Below, piece after piece: positions 39,320 through 49,818 of a stretch of 64,000 bases of DNA; within the stretch, counting starts at the first letter, position 1; the number at the start of each line of letters is the position of its first letter. The DNA is taken from positions 1 through 64,000 of the IMG/VR virus record IMGVR_UViG_3300024255_001771. One strand, written 5' to 3'. This DNA is from an uncultured virus (IMG/VR IMGVR_UViG_3300024255_001771) (Duplodnaviria; Heunggongvirae; Uroviricota; Caudoviricetes). The position numbers and the translations under genes are program-made. The notes under the pieces are model-generated. The model was not told the DNA's origin. It ran no database searches and saw only the letters and a program-made list of their open reading frames with translations.

Positions 39320-40249
39320 ATGGCAGTCGGTGATCTAATTACAGCAGCAAGGTTCAACAACTTACAATCTCGTATTGCAGCAATACAAGGTAATGGTAGT
39401 AGTTCCGACGGTTACGGCCAAACACTAGCAAGTGATCAAGCACTTGCAAGTGCAACAGTTACAGCAGCCGATATGCAAGGGTTGTACTTAGATATGAGTA
39501 GAGCAAGAACCCATCAGACAGGTATAGTTCCTACTCAAATACAATCAATAAATGTTGCAGATTTAATTATTGACGATGATACTTCGCCTTATGTAGATAA
39601 AGCAGTAAGTGCTTTTGAAAGTTTAATGCTAAACATTGAAGCTGACAGATTTCAGATCAATGATTCACAAGCAAGTTTAACAGCAGGTGTAACTAGCACA
39701 AGAGAAACAGGTTGGAGTGGCAATTTACAACACGAAGTTGAAGTAACATTTGAAAATGCAGATGGAGCAAGGCACTTCTTTAATAGTGGCGGACAATTAC
39801 GTTTCTACAGTACATTATCAGGTGGCTCAGAATTAAAGACAGATGACTGGCGTGTAATTCTTAACAATGCAGGCACAGTACAGTTTAAATATAATACTAC
39901 AGCATCTTCAGGATCTGGACAAGCATATGGTGTTGGATTTTATGATTTAACTACAACATACCAACTAATTTACCAAAAAGTAGGTAGTGACGTAAATGCA
40001 GCATATGCTGAAAACAGATATACTATTGCTGCTAAAAAGCAAAATAGCAGTGTAATTAAGTTTTTAATATCATATAGAGACGAAGACACTGGTGATAGTC
40101 CTATATTACCAGTACCTCCAGGCGGTATTGTTGGCGGCGTTGATGAAAGTGTTGACGGAATATTAAAAAGTATTATACAAGTATACCGAGCAACAGGCCC
40201 AAGCGTTGAAGTAGAAGCACCGAATCTCTTTAATTCTATCATACTTTAA
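39320..40249 (+). CDS. Virion structural protein (paralog of 40290-41501)
   Basis: ARFNNLQ-x-RI, ARTHQTG, FFNSGG-x-LR, LKTDDWR shared with the next gene. Confidence 0.65.
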   Translation: MAVGDLITAARFNNLQSRIAAIQGNGSSSDGYGQTLASDQALASATVTAADMQGLYLDMSRARTHQTGIVPTQIQSINVADLIIDDDTSPYVDKAVSAFESLMLNIEADRFQINDSQASLTAGVTSTRETGWSGNLQHEVEVTFENADGARHFFNSGGQLRFYSTLSGGSELKTDDWRVILNNAGTVQFKYNTTASSGSGQAYGVGFYDLTTTYQLIYQKVGSDVNAAYAENRYTIAAKKQNSSVIKFLISYRDEDTGDSPILPVPPGGIVGGVDESVDGILKSIIQVYRATGPSVEVEAPNLFNSIIL

Positions 40250-40256
40250 CTACGCA

Positions 40257-40262
40257 TAAATA
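40257..40262 (+). promoter_or_regulatory. Putative late promoter TAAATA
   Basis: Intergenic TAAATA upstream of GGAG and ATG 40290. Confidence 0.6.
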
Positions 40263-40289
40263 GTTATGTGATACAGTTACGGAGCTCTC

Positions 40290-41501
40290 ATGCCTACATC
40301 AGTACTAGCAACAAGATTTAATAATTTGCAAGATAGAATTGCCGCAGTTTATGGCAATCCACTATTGTCATCTAGTACAACAGGATATGCACAACCTGTT
40401 AGAAGCGGAAATGCAACTGCTCTCAATTACAGAAATGTAAACTGGGCTGTAGCAAGTTCTATAAGTAATTCTAGTGTTATAACAATAAATGGTCACGGAT
40501 TTGTAGACGGAGATTTAGTGTTATATGATAATCAAGGCAATCAAGATATATACAGCCTTAATAACGAAGACTACTATTATGTAAATCGAGTAAGTGCAAA
40601 TACATTTACATTACATACTACGGCTGCAATTAATAACAGCTCTAAACTTCTTGTTGCTGTAAGCGGAACAGTAGGTACTCATAGATTACGTGAAGTACAA
40701 GGTGATAGAATAACAGCGACACAATGGTTTAATCTTTACCTTGATATTATGGCAGCTAGAGTACATCAAACAGGTACTAATCCTCTTTCAGACTTTACTC
40801 CGACAGCACAAGTTGATATAGTTGACGACACTATACTTGGACAATTAGAATCTTTAATGACACAAATTGAAGCAAACTTATTTGCCCAAGGAACTGGACA
40901 GTACGATTTAGATGATCTACGTGACGGTACAGGTTCTACAATATCAAGACAAAGATTTACAAATTGGAACGGCACACTTACACACGAGTTTAGTGTAAAC
41001 TGGCAAAACGCAAACGAACGTCAAGGATTTTTTAATGCTGGCGGCGAGATTAGAATATTTTCTAGTATAACTGGTGGTTCAGGACTAAAGACAAATGACT
41101 GGCGCTCGTTATTATCCACAGCTGGGATAGTTACTTTTGGCAGATCAGCAACAACAACATCAGGTTCTGCAACAATACAAGCTAATAAAGGCAATTATAT
41201 AGGTCTTAGTGCAGGGTACACTTTACTTGCTAATTATTCAGGTAGTGATTATGTAGATAATGACTGGGATATCTATGTAAGAGAAATAAGCAACACTGAA
41301 ATAAGATTTAGAGTACGTTTCCAAGATCTTGATAGCCCTCCATCACAAGCACCATTCTTTGATATTGACGAAGATGTTACTGGAACATTAAATTCTAGTG
41401 TTCAACTATTCCGTCCATCTGGTACATTTACAATAGATGAAGTAGATTATACTACTGTTGATATTTCACCTGTAACAGGTACAATTTTACAAACTATCTA
41501 G
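40290..41501 (+). CDS. Virion structural protein (paralog of 39320-40249 with an inserted beta domain)
   Basis: TRFNNLQDRI, ARVHQTG, FFNAGGEIR, LKTNDWR; insert containing HGFVDGDLVLY...YYV. Confidence 0.65.
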   Translation: MPTSVLATRFNNLQDRIAAVYGNPLLSSSTTGYAQPVRSGNATALNYRNVNWAVASSISNSSVITINGHGFVDGDLVLYDNQGNQDIYSLNNEDYYYVNRVSANTFTLHTTAAINNSSKLLVAVSGTVGTHRLREVQGDRITATQWFNLYLDIMAARVHQTGTNPLSDFTPTAQVDIVDDTILGQLESLMTQIEANLFAQGTGQYDLDDLRDGTGSTISRQRFTNWNGTLTHEFSVNWQNANERQGFFNAGGEIRIFSSITGGSGLKTNDWRSLLSTAGIVTFGRSATTTSGSATIQANKGNYIGLSAGYTLLANYSGSDYVDNDWDIYVREISNTEIRFRVRFQDLDSPPSQAPFFDIDEDVTGTLNSSVQLFRPSGTFTIDEVDYTTVDISPVTGTILQTI

Positions 41502-41512
41502 TCAGGTTCTTC

Positions 41513-41541
41513 TTGACAAAATCCAAAAAGTATTATATACT
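41513..41541 (+). promoter_or_regulatory. Sigma70-type promoter at the head of the modification island
   Basis: TTGACA (41513-41518), 17 nt, TATACT (41536-41541). Confidence 0.75.
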
Positions 41542-41564
41542 ATTATAATAACTTGGAGAGCCTT

Positions 41565-41915
41565 ATGGATGAACGTCTAGAAAAAGCATTGGACTTTAGT
41601 AACTTCATGGTTACTATGAATAACCAAAAAAGATTACTTAAAGAAAAATATTTTGAAGATTTATTGTACTATACAAACGGATGTCAATTTTCTGTTACTA
41701 AAGAACTGATTACATTTGTAGGTCTATTAGTTGAAAAGGGTCTTGAAGAAGCAGTGCTTACAGATGACAACGATATACCTACAAACATTCTAAGTTTAGA
41801 ATCATTCTATGACGACATTTTAGATGTTTACTTTACTGCTTCAAATAATTATTTTGCAGAATATGAAAAAATAAAGTCAAATAGGTCAGTGGAAAATTTA
41901 GTAGACTATGAGTAG
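41565..41915 (+). CDS. Hypothetical protein
   Basis: ATG 41565 with GGAG 6 nt upstream; 116 aa, predicted helical. Confidence 0.7.
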   Translation: MDERLEKALDFSNFMVTMNNQKRLLKEKYFEDLLYYTNGCQFSVTKELITFVGLLVEKGLEEAVLTDDNDIPTNILSLESFYDDILDVYFTASNNYFAEYEKIKSNRSVENLVDYE

Positions 41916-42765
41916 CAAAGGCGTACTATTATTTGCTAGAAATAATGATCAAATTGATTATATCAAACAAGCATATTTCTTAGCTAAACGTGTAAAGCAA
42001 TACTTAGGCGTGCCAACGACTCTAGTAACAGATTCTATCCATTATTTAGAACGTGAATTTGATACAGCAGTATTTGATCAGGTTATTCCAATTGAACCTT
42101 GGATTAAAGACAACGGCAGAACATTCAACGATGGCGCAATGAGTAGCCAACGTGCGCATTTCAAAAATTTAGATAGATTTAATGCATACAGATTCTCTCC
42201 GTATGATGAAACAATACTTATGGACACTGATTATGTAGTGTCTAACTCTTTACTTAAAAATGTATTTGGTAGTGTAAATGACTTTTCAATATATCGAGAT
42301 AGCATAGACATATCTAACATTAGAAATCCAAGAGAATTTAAGTATGTAAGTGATAGTAGTGTAGATTTTTATTGGGCTACTGTTGTATACTTCAAAAAAA
42401 CAAGTATTAACGAAAGATTTTTTGATTTAGTTGCACATATACAAGACGAATATGATCACTACAGAAGAGTTTATCAAATACCTAGCAAAATGTTTAGAAA
42501 TGACTTTGCATTTAGTATAGCAATACACATGATGAATGGATTTCAGCAAGGTGGCTTTGTAACACCTTTGCCTGGAAAACTATTGTACACTTTAGATAAA
42601 GATATATTGTGGGATTTAGATAATGACAACATGCTTTTCTTAGTTGAAAAAGAAAAACATATAGGAGAATACACAGCACTTCGAACTAGAGGACAAAGTA
42701 TTCACGTAATGAATAAATTTAGTCTTGTAAGACAAATTGACAAGGAGACATCCAATGGAAGATAA
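41908..42765 (+). CDS. GT-A fold glycosyltransferase-like protein
   Basis: SPYDETILMDTD (DxD); paralog of the next gene. Confidence 0.7.
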   Translation: MSSKGVLLFARNNDQIDYIKQAYFLAKRVKQYLGVPTTLVTDSIHYLEREFDTAVFDQVIPIEPWIKDNGRTFNDGAMSSQRAHFKNLDRFNAYRFSPYDETILMDTDYVVSNSLLKNVFGSVNDFSIYRDSIDISNIRNPREFKYVSDSSVDFYWATVVYFKKTSINERFFDLVAHIQDEYDHYRRVYQIPSKMFRNDFAFSIAIHMMNGFQQGGFVTPLPGKLLYTLDKDILWDLDNDNMLFLVEKEKHIGEYTALRTRGQSIHVMNKFSLVRQIDKETSNGR

Positions 42766-43600
42766 TTTTGGTATTGTAATGCTTGCGCAAAATAATGATG
42801 TTGACGACTATGTTCAGCAAGCATGTGTTACAGCAATGAGTATTGCAAAAACTAATCCTGGTATTCCTGTTAGTCTTATCACTAATGACGAAGTACCTGC
42901 ACAGTATCAAAGATTTTTTGATAACATTATTGAAATACCATGGACTGACAGTGCAGAAAAAGAAAATTGGAAAATATCAAATCGCTGGAAAATATATCAT
43001 GTATCTCCTTATACAAGAACGTTGGTGTTAGATACAGATATGTTAGTGTTGCAAGATATTGACTCATGGGTAAAGTTTTTAGAAAACTATGAAATGTACT
43101 TTGTAAGTAATGTTTACACGTATAGAGGTGATTTAGTTACTAGTGATTATTATCGCAAAGCATTTACTGCAAATGAATTGCCTAACTTGTACTCAGGATT
43201 GCATTACTTTAAGAAATGTGAGTTTTCTCATAAGTTTTATACTTGGTTAGAACTTGTAGTTAATAATTGGGAATTATTCTACGGGCAATATGTTAAAGAA
43301 CATTATCCTAAGCGTTGTAGTATTGATGTAAGTGCAGCTATTGTATCTAAGATTTTAGATTGTGACTCTGAAATTACGAATACAAGAGTAAAGTTTCCAA
43401 GTTTTACACATATGAAGCCAAGAATACAAGATTGGCACGAAGCAATAAACAAATGGCAAAACAGAATCAGTGTTTATATGGATAAAGATTGTAATTTAAA
43501 GTTAGGTAATCACATACAAACAGGTATTTTACATTACACAGAAAAAGACTTTATAGAAGGCGCTGTTATAAAGAGATACGAGGAGTTATTAGATGTCTGA
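42755..43600 (+). CDS. GT-A fold glycosyltransferase-like protein
   Basis: SPYTRTLVLDTDML, YSGLHYF, ILHY; ATG 42755 with AGGAG RBS. Confidence 0.72.
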   Translation: MEDNFGIVMLAQNNDVDDYVQQACVTAMSIAKTNPGIPVSLITNDEVPAQYQRFFDNIIEIPWTDSAEKENWKISNRWKIYHVSPYTRTLVLDTDMLVLQDIDSWVKFLENYEMYFVSNVYTYRGDLVTSDYYRKAFTANELPNLYSGLHYFKKCEFSHKFYTWLELVVNNWELFYGQYVKEHYPKRCSIDVSAAIVSKILDCDSEITNTRVKFPSFTHMKPRIQDWHEAINKWQNRISVYMDKDCNLKLGNHIQTGILHYTEKDFIEGAVIKRYEELLDV

Positions 43601-44210
43601 AACAAATACATTCTTAGATATGATTCAAGGGCTACAAGTACCAACAAAAACTTTTGTAGAATTTGACACAGATACTGGAGAGCTTATTAGAGTAGGCAAA
43701 AAAGGTAACGATGACAATTCTTATATTGAAGTAGATGCAAATAGTATAACAGAGATCATGTCTGGCACAAAGACAATGAATGAATACAAAGTTGTTTTTG
43801 ACATTGGCCTTAAAGAATACACACTTAGAGAAAGAGGCGACCTAGAAACTGAAAATGATCACGTATATAATACACTTTATGAAGTGCCTATGTTTGTTGA
43901 CGGTGATTGTGATTTAATTATTTTCCAAGATAATATTAAACAAAGTTGGACAATTAAAGTAAGTAAGTCTTTGCGTGAATTTTTGAATTCAGAAGCAGTA
44001 AATATTAATAGTAATATATTCTTTAGTATTACAGCAAAGTACGATCCTAATATTCTATTAAGGTCATTACGTCTTTCAGTAAATGATTTAATTAAAACAG
44101 ATGAATTTAATTTTCCATTTGAATCAAAGTTTGAATTTAAAAATAATGTTGTAAGCGTTTATACTGCAAAGTATTTTGAAACATATAAGCATGAGGTAAT
44201 TAATGAGTAA
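43593..44210 (+). CDS. Hypothetical protein
   Basis: 205 aa, overlaps both neighbours; no motif recognised. Confidence 0.65.
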   Translation: MSETNTFLDMIQGLQVPTKTFVEFDTDTGELIRVGKKGNDDNSYIEVDANSITEIMSGTKTMNEYKVVFDIGLKEYTLRERGDLETENDHVYNTLYEVPMFVDGDCDLIIFQDNIKQSWTIKVSKSLREFLNSEAVNINSNIFFSITAKYDPNILLRSLRLSVNDLIKTDEFNFPFESKFEFKNNVVSVYTAKYFETYKHEVINE

Positions 44211-45129
44211 TAAATTTAAAGTTATTGATTATGATATAATCTATTTGTCTTATGACGAGCCTAACGCTGAAAAGAACTATGCGGACTTGTGTAGTAAGAT
44301 TCCTTGGGCTAAACGTGTACATGGAGTAAAAGGTAGTGACGCTGCACACAAAGCATGTGCAAAATTAAGTGAAACTGACAGATTTATTACAGTTGATGGT
44401 GACAATCAAATTAACCCAGAGTTCCTTGTACAAGAAATTGACTTTGACGCCCACGCCGATTTGGAACATAGTGTAATTAGTTGGTGCGGCAAAAATGTTA
44501 TTAATGGACTTATGTATGGTAATGGCGGACTAAAGTGTTGGCCAAAGCAGTATGTATTAGATATGAAAACACACGAAAATGCAGATCCAGATAATCCACA
44601 TGCACAAGTAGACTTTTGTTGGGACTTAAAGTATATACAACAAAATAGTTGTTACAGTTATGTATATAATAACGAAACACCACAACAAGCATGGCGTGCA
44701 GGATTTAGAGAAGGTGTTAAGATGGCACTAGATCAAGGTGTAAAGCCTACACAAGAACAATTTCTAAAAGGTCATTGGAAGAATTTGCATAGATTATGGA
44801 TTTGGTTAATGCTAGGTTCTGATGTACGAAACGGTGCTTGGGCTATATACGGTGCTAGAGAAGGGCTGTACCAAACAATGTGTACTGACTGGGATTATGT
44901 ACAAGTGCGTGACTTTGAATATCTAAACGCTATGTGGGAAGAAAAAGGTAAATTAGTACAAGAAGACATTGAGTATTATTCTACAGAACTCGGAACTAAA
45001 TTAATAAAAGAATTAAATATTCCTATTGCTGTTGAGCCCTTAGACGCTCAACAGAGCAAGTTCTTTAAGACGGTATACCAAAACCCAAGTAGAAACCCAA
45101 AGCAACAGTTTGTGATTGATCCTGAATGA
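44203..45129 (+). CDS. Glycosyltransferase-like protein (GT-A, DGD motif)
   Basis: SYDEPNA, RVHGVKG-x2-AAH, FITVDGD, YGNGGLK, AWRAGFRE; homologous to the C-terminus of 58027-59664. Confidence 0.65.
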   Translation: MSNKFKVIDYDIIYLSYDEPNAEKNYADLCSKIPWAKRVHGVKGSDAAHKACAKLSETDRFITVDGDNQINPEFLVQEIDFDAHADLEHSVISWCGKNVINGLMYGNGGLKCWPKQYVLDMKTHENADPDNPHAQVDFCWDLKYIQQNSCYSYVYNNETPQQAWRAGFREGVKMALDQGVKPTQEQFLKGHWKNLHRLWIWLMLGSDVRNGAWAIYGAREGLYQTMCTDWDYVQVRDFEYLNAMWEEKGKLVQEDIEYYSTELGTKLIKELNIPIAVEPLDAQQSKFFKTVYQNPSRNPKQQFVIDPE

Positions 45130-46499
45130 GTAATGAAAAGCGCATCGAATTACTTGAGCAGAAACGGAAACAGATAAATTCTGTAAGTTGTAGTTTCTGT
45201 ACAGCTAAGTGGTTACAAACTACATTATACTTGCAAAACGGATATAATCATAGTTGTCACCATCCTGCTCCTCATAAGATACCTATTAGTGAAATAATGG
45301 GTAATCCACATGCACTGCACAATAGTAAACACAAAAAGAAACAGCGTGAAATGATGCTGAACGGAGAACGTCCAAAAGAGTGTGATTACTGTTGGAACAT
45401 AGAAGACTTAGATAAAAATTACTTTAGTGACAGACACTATAAGACAGCCGACTATTGGGCATGGGATAGATTTGATGAAATTGCAAAATCAAATCCTAAT
45501 GAAAATACATATCCAAGTTACTTAGAAGTAAGTTTTTCTAATGCATGTAACTTTGCATGTTCATACTGTTCACCTGAAATTAGCAGTAAGTGGATGGAAG
45601 ATATACAGCAAAATGGATCTTATCCTACAAAGCACGGATCACATGATCTAAGTTATCTCAAAAAGACACAAAAGTTTCCTTACCTTAACAGTGAAGTAAA
45701 TCCTTACGTTAAGGCTTTTTGGAAATGGTTTCCTGATGCGTTACCTCATTTAAAGGTGTTGCGTATTACTGGCGGCGAACCTACAATGAGTAAAGAAACA
45801 TGGAAACTTCTAGACATGCTAGTAGAAAATCCACAGCCTAATTTAGAAATAGCAATAAACACAAACTTGTGTGTTCCTGATAAACTAATAACAAAGTTGA
45901 TAGAGTCAATTAACAAACTAAAAGGTAAAGTCAAAAAAATAGATGTGTACACAAGTTTAGAAAGTATTGGTGAGCAAGCAGAATACTCGCGTGATGGGTT
46001 AGACTATGCACAATGGATAACAAACGTAGAACAAGTATTAGACCAAACTGACAGTTCAGTAGCAATGATGACAACTATAAACATATTAGCATTGCCAACA
46101 TTTGAGAAATTTATTAACGTGGTAATGGACTTTAGAAAAAAGTATAACAAAGCGTTTGAATATAATAGGATACCTCTAAGCATAAACATTATGCGGTGGC
46201 CACCGCATTTACAATGCACACTCTTAGATACTGAGGATAGAGAACTATATGCAAGTGCAATTGAATCTACCTGTGAAAGTTGGTTAAAGTATCATAGCCC
46301 AGATAAGTTTGCTAGACTTTATTTAGAAGAGTGGGATCAAATAAAAAGGTTCTGTGATTATTTACGTAATTCTGAGCCAGCTATTGAACATAGACAGGAT
46401 TTTGTAAGATACATACAAGCATACGATAAACGTAGAAGAAAAAACTTTAGGAAAGTGTTTCCTGAATATAGAGAAATATTAGAGGACTGGAATGCCTAA
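45126..46499 (+). CDS. Radical SAM enzyme 1
   Basis: CNFACSYC, ITGGEP, INTN; N-terminal Cys/His module. Confidence 0.92.
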   Translation: MSNEKRIELLEQKRKQINSVSCSFCTAKWLQTTLYLQNGYNHSCHHPAPHKIPISEIMGNPHALHNSKHKKKQREMMLNGERPKECDYCWNIEDLDKNYFSDRHYKTADYWAWDRFDEIAKSNPNENTYPSYLEVSFSNACNFACSYCSPEISSKWMEDIQQNGSYPTKHGSHDLSYLKKTQKFPYLNSEVNPYVKAFWKWFPDALPHLKVLRITGGEPTMSKETWKLLDMLVENPQPNLEIAINTNLCVPDKLITKLIESINKLKGKVKKIDVYTSLESIGEQAEYSRDGLDYAQWITNVEQVLDQTDSSVAMMTTINILALPTFEKFINVVMDFRKKYNKAFEYNRIPLSINIMRWPPHLQCTLLDTEDRELYASAIESTCESWLKYHSPDKFARLYLEEWDQIKRFCDYLRNSEPAIEHRQDFVRYIQAYDKRRRKNFRKVFPEYREILEDWNA

Positions 46500-47937
46500 G
46501 AAACCCGACGAAAGTTTAACAGAGTATAGAGACAGAGTTATTAACGCTAAAAGTCCTAGCTTCTGTGGTGCTAAATGGTATAATGCAACTACATGGTTAG
46601 GTAGCGGCACTACTACAAGTTGTCATCACCCGCCAGCACACAAAATACCGCTTGAAGAAGTTGAAGCAGACTTTACTGCTATACACAACACAAAGCACAA
46701 AAAGGAAATGCGTAAGCAGATGCAAGTTGGACAACGACCTGCTGAATGTGAGTATTGTTGGAAAATGGAAGATATGAAAAAAGATGCTGTTAGTGACAGA
46801 GTCTTTAAAACTATTATCTATGATGACGACGAATTACAACGTGCATATGATATGAACTACACAGAAAATGTTCACCTCAAAACTTTTGAAATTGCGTTTG
46901 ACAGAACGTGTAACTTAGCATGTAGTTATTGTAATGCAAGTTTCTCAACCACATGGGCTAAAGATATTAAAAAGAATGGCGAGTACACAAACTTAGTAAG
47001 TGATGGTGCTGGTGCATTTAGACAAGACGGCAGTTGGACACAACCTTACAAAGATGATGACGATAATCCTTACATTCAAGCATTTTGGAAATGGTGGGAA
47101 AACGGACTTAGCAGTAGTTTAGAAGAACTACGCATTACAGGCGGCGAGCCTTTAATGAGCCATAACACTTGGAAATTGTTTGATTGGTTTGAAGCACAAA
47201 ATAGCAAGATGCGTTTTGCAATTAATAGTAATCTAATTGCTAAGAATGATATAATAGATAAACTTATACAAAAGTCGCATGGTATTAAGAACTTTGAAAT
47301 TTATACAAGTTGTGAAGCTGTAGGTGCTCAAGCAGAATATATACGTGACGGGCTAGTTTATGAACAATGGTTAAACAATGTAAAGCGTATATTGTCAGAA
47401 GCAAATGCAAATCTACATGTAATGATGACTATTAATAGTTTATGCTTGTTTAGTATTACAGATTTCTTAGATCAAATATATGAATTGAAAGAAACAACAG
47501 GAAGTAAATGGCCAAGTGTAAGTGTTAACCTTTTGAGATTTCCTAGCTTTCAGTCACCACTTGCTTTACCTAACCATATTAAAGATGAACTCCACAAAAA
47601 TTTATCTACTTGGTATGCAGCAAACAAAGACAAAGAATTATGGCACGAGTTTGAAAAGGCAAGTATTGAACGTTTGATAGATTACTTAGTTACAGTAGAT
47701 GCTCCGCATAGACGTACAAGTAACCCTGCTACGTTGTGGCGTGACTTTAAAACTTTCTATCAGCAATATGATGTACGTAGGAACAAAAGCCTAAGTGTAT
47801 TTCCTAAAATACTAACAGACTGGGTTGAAAGTATTCCAGACACTGATGCAAGTATTATGGAACTTGCAGAAAAAGAAGGTTGGATACTAAAACCAGATCC
47901 AAAAAATATTGATGAGCCTCTAGCAACATATGACTGA
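46492..47937 (+). CDS. Radical SAM enzyme 2 (paralog of enzyme 1)
   Basis: CNLACSYC, ITGGEP; N-terminal FCGAKW...SCHHP...CEYCW. Confidence 0.92.
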   Translation: MPKKPDESLTEYRDRVINAKSPSFCGAKWYNATTWLGSGTTTSCHHPPAHKIPLEEVEADFTAIHNTKHKKEMRKQMQVGQRPAECEYCWKMEDMKKDAVSDRVFKTIIYDDDELQRAYDMNYTENVHLKTFEIAFDRTCNLACSYCNASFSTTWAKDIKKNGEYTNLVSDGAGAFRQDGSWTQPYKDDDDNPYIQAFWKWWENGLSSSLEELRITGGEPLMSHNTWKLFDWFEAQNSKMRFAINSNLIAKNDIIDKLIQKSHGIKNFEIYTSCEAVGAQAEYIRDGLVYEQWLNNVKRILSEANANLHVMMTINSLCLFSITDFLDQIYELKETTGSKWPSVSVNLLRFPSFQSPLALPNHIKDELHKNLSTWYAANKDKELWHEFEKASIERLIDYLVTVDAPHRRTSNPATLWRDFKTFYQQYDVRRNKSLSVFPKILTDWVESIPDTDASIMELAEKEGWILKPDPKNIDEPLATYD

Positions 47938-49120
47938 CAACAAATGCATATCACCGTGGATACATTTACATACATGGCCTAACAACGATGTATATCCTTG
48001 TTGCTTAACAGCTATGGAAGATTCAGTTGGTAATTTAAATCAAAATACTCTTGCTGAAATTTGGAATGGCAATGATATGAAAAAGTTGCGTACACAGTTT
48101 CTTAACAATGAACAACCAGCAAGTTGTAAACGCTGCTTTATTAATGAGTCAAATGGCGGAACAAGTTTGCGTACACATATGAATGAAACTTTTTCGCATC
48201 ATATGGATTTATTACAAACAACAAATGCTGACGGAAGTTTAGATGATTTAAGTATACACTACTGGGACTTTAGATTTTCTAATATATGTAATATGCGTTG
48301 CAGAAGTTGCGGTCCACAGTTAAGTACAGGTTGGTACGAAGATCAAAAAAAGATGTGGGGTCAATTACCTAATGACTTACCTGACCCAGGTAAAAATATT
48401 AACATGTGGAATCAAATAGAACCGTTATTTGATAAAGTAGAAGATATTTATTTTGCTGGCGGCGAGCCATTACTAATGGAAGAACATTACCGTATCTTAA
48501 ATAAACTAGATGAAATGCAAAAGTACGATACTATCATTCGTTATAATACTAATCTTAGCCAGTTAAGATACAAAAAACTTGATGTTCTTGACATTTGGCC
48601 TAGATTTGATAACGTACATGTAGGAGCAAGTATAGATGGCTACGGCGCAAGAGCAGAATATATACGTAAAGGTACTGACTGGAATAAGATTGTTGCTAAT
48701 AGAAAAGCAATAATACAAAAAGCACCTGATATAAACTTTTTTGTTAACTTTACAGTTAGTGTACAAAATGCATTTCATATGACAGATTTCTACGAATGGG
48801 CATTAGAAGATAACTTTATAGGACACCCAAGAGACTTTCATATTAACATTGTCCATCATCCTGAGCATCTAAGTTTACAAATACTACCTGCAAGCATGAA
48901 AAAAGAATTAACTAAAAAATATATAGATATGGCAGAAAAGTGTAAGAGATGGGGCGAAGAAAGAGTTGAGCGTGGATTCTTATCAGTTGCAAAATTTATG
49001 AATGATGCAGATACATCTCATCTAATACCAGAGTTTAAGAAAAACATAGAAATGGTAGACATAATTAGGAATGAAAATTTTGCAGAAACATTTCCTGAAT
49101 TACAGGACTTGGTAAAATGA
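47930..49120 (+). CDS. Radical SAM enzyme 3 with N-terminal SPASM/twitch-like domain
   Basis: CNMRCRSC, FAGGEP, YNTN, SIDG; N-terminal C-x2-PW...PCC...GNL...CKRC. Confidence 0.92.
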   Translation: MTDNKCISPWIHLHTWPNNDVYPCCLTAMEDSVGNLNQNTLAEIWNGNDMKKLRTQFLNNEQPASCKRCFINESNGGTSLRTHMNETFSHHMDLLQTTNADGSLDDLSIHYWDFRFSNICNMRCRSCGPQLSTGWYEDQKKMWGQLPNDLPDPGKNINMWNQIEPLFDKVEDIYFAGGEPLLMEEHYRILNKLDEMQKYDTIIRYNTNLSQLRYKKLDVLDIWPRFDNVHVGASIDGYGARAEYIRKGTDWNKIVANRKAIIQKAPDINFFVNFTVSVQNAFHMTDFYEWALEDNFIGHPRDFHINIVHHPEHLSLQILPASMKKELTKKYIDMAEKCKRWGEERVERGFLSVAKFMNDADTSHLIPEFKKNIEMVDIIRNENFAETFPELQDLVK

Positions 49121-49818
49121 TACTTACTATTGGATGCAGCTGGACGTTTGGTACTGGTGTAGAATCAAATGAAACTTTTTCGGCTTATCTACAAGACAAG
49201 TGCGGAACAACAGTTATAAATGGCGGACATGCCGGCATAGACAATGCGTATGCAGTATACTCAGCATATAGACTTTACCAAAAGTATAAACCAAAAGTTG
49301 TTTTGTTTCAGTTAACTACATTTGATAGAATGCAAATATCTATTAGTGGTAAGAAAAATTTTCTAGACAACCGATTTCATGACAATCTAGAACAACCAGT
49401 ATGGACACGAGAAGGCAAGCATACACGCCTTTGGGGAATAACAGAAGAAAAGACACACAAGATTACTGTAGGTGAATACTCTAATAGTTTAAGTAAGAAA
49501 AGTGATATTGACACTACTACAAAATTCTTATACGAAAATCATACATTTAGTACATTGGCTACCGAACAATTAATGTGTCAACTAGATATGCTTAAATCTT
49601 ATATAGAAAACTTTGGTGACAAGATTATATTCTTTCCGTGGGTACCAACGCCTATAGATGTAGAAAAAGTACTACCAGTACCGGTACATCAAGATAGTGT
49701 ACACAACTTTTTAGATAATAATCATTACATTGACAATGGTTATCATATATCACCTCAAGGACACAAACTTGTAGCAGACGAATATATATACCCTATGGTT
49801 AGGAGCGCAATTGAGTGA
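49117..49818 (+). CDS. SGNH/GDSL-like hydrolase or acyltransferase
   Basis: GCSWTFG block I, N-x-G-x2-G block II, D-x3-H-x4-GH C-terminal block. Confidence 0.65.
   Translation: MILTIGCSWTFGTGVESNETFSAYLQDKCGTTVINGGHAGIDNAYAVYSAYRLYQKYKPKVVLFQLTTFDRMQISISGKKNFLDNRFHDNLEQPVWTREGKHTRLWGITEEKTHKITVGEYSNSLSKKSDIDTTTKFLYENHTFSTLATEQLMCQLDMLKSYIENFGDKIIFFPWVPTPIDVEKVLPVPVHQDSVHNFLDNNHYIDNGYHISPQGHKLVADEYIYPMVRSAIE

Noticed and set aside
5450..41501. Bacterial contractile injection system (T6SS/eCIS) or prophage interpretation
   Set aside because: Adjacent gp46/gp47/gp55 and late-promoter boxes indicate a T4-like phage; no host genes or integrase in the window
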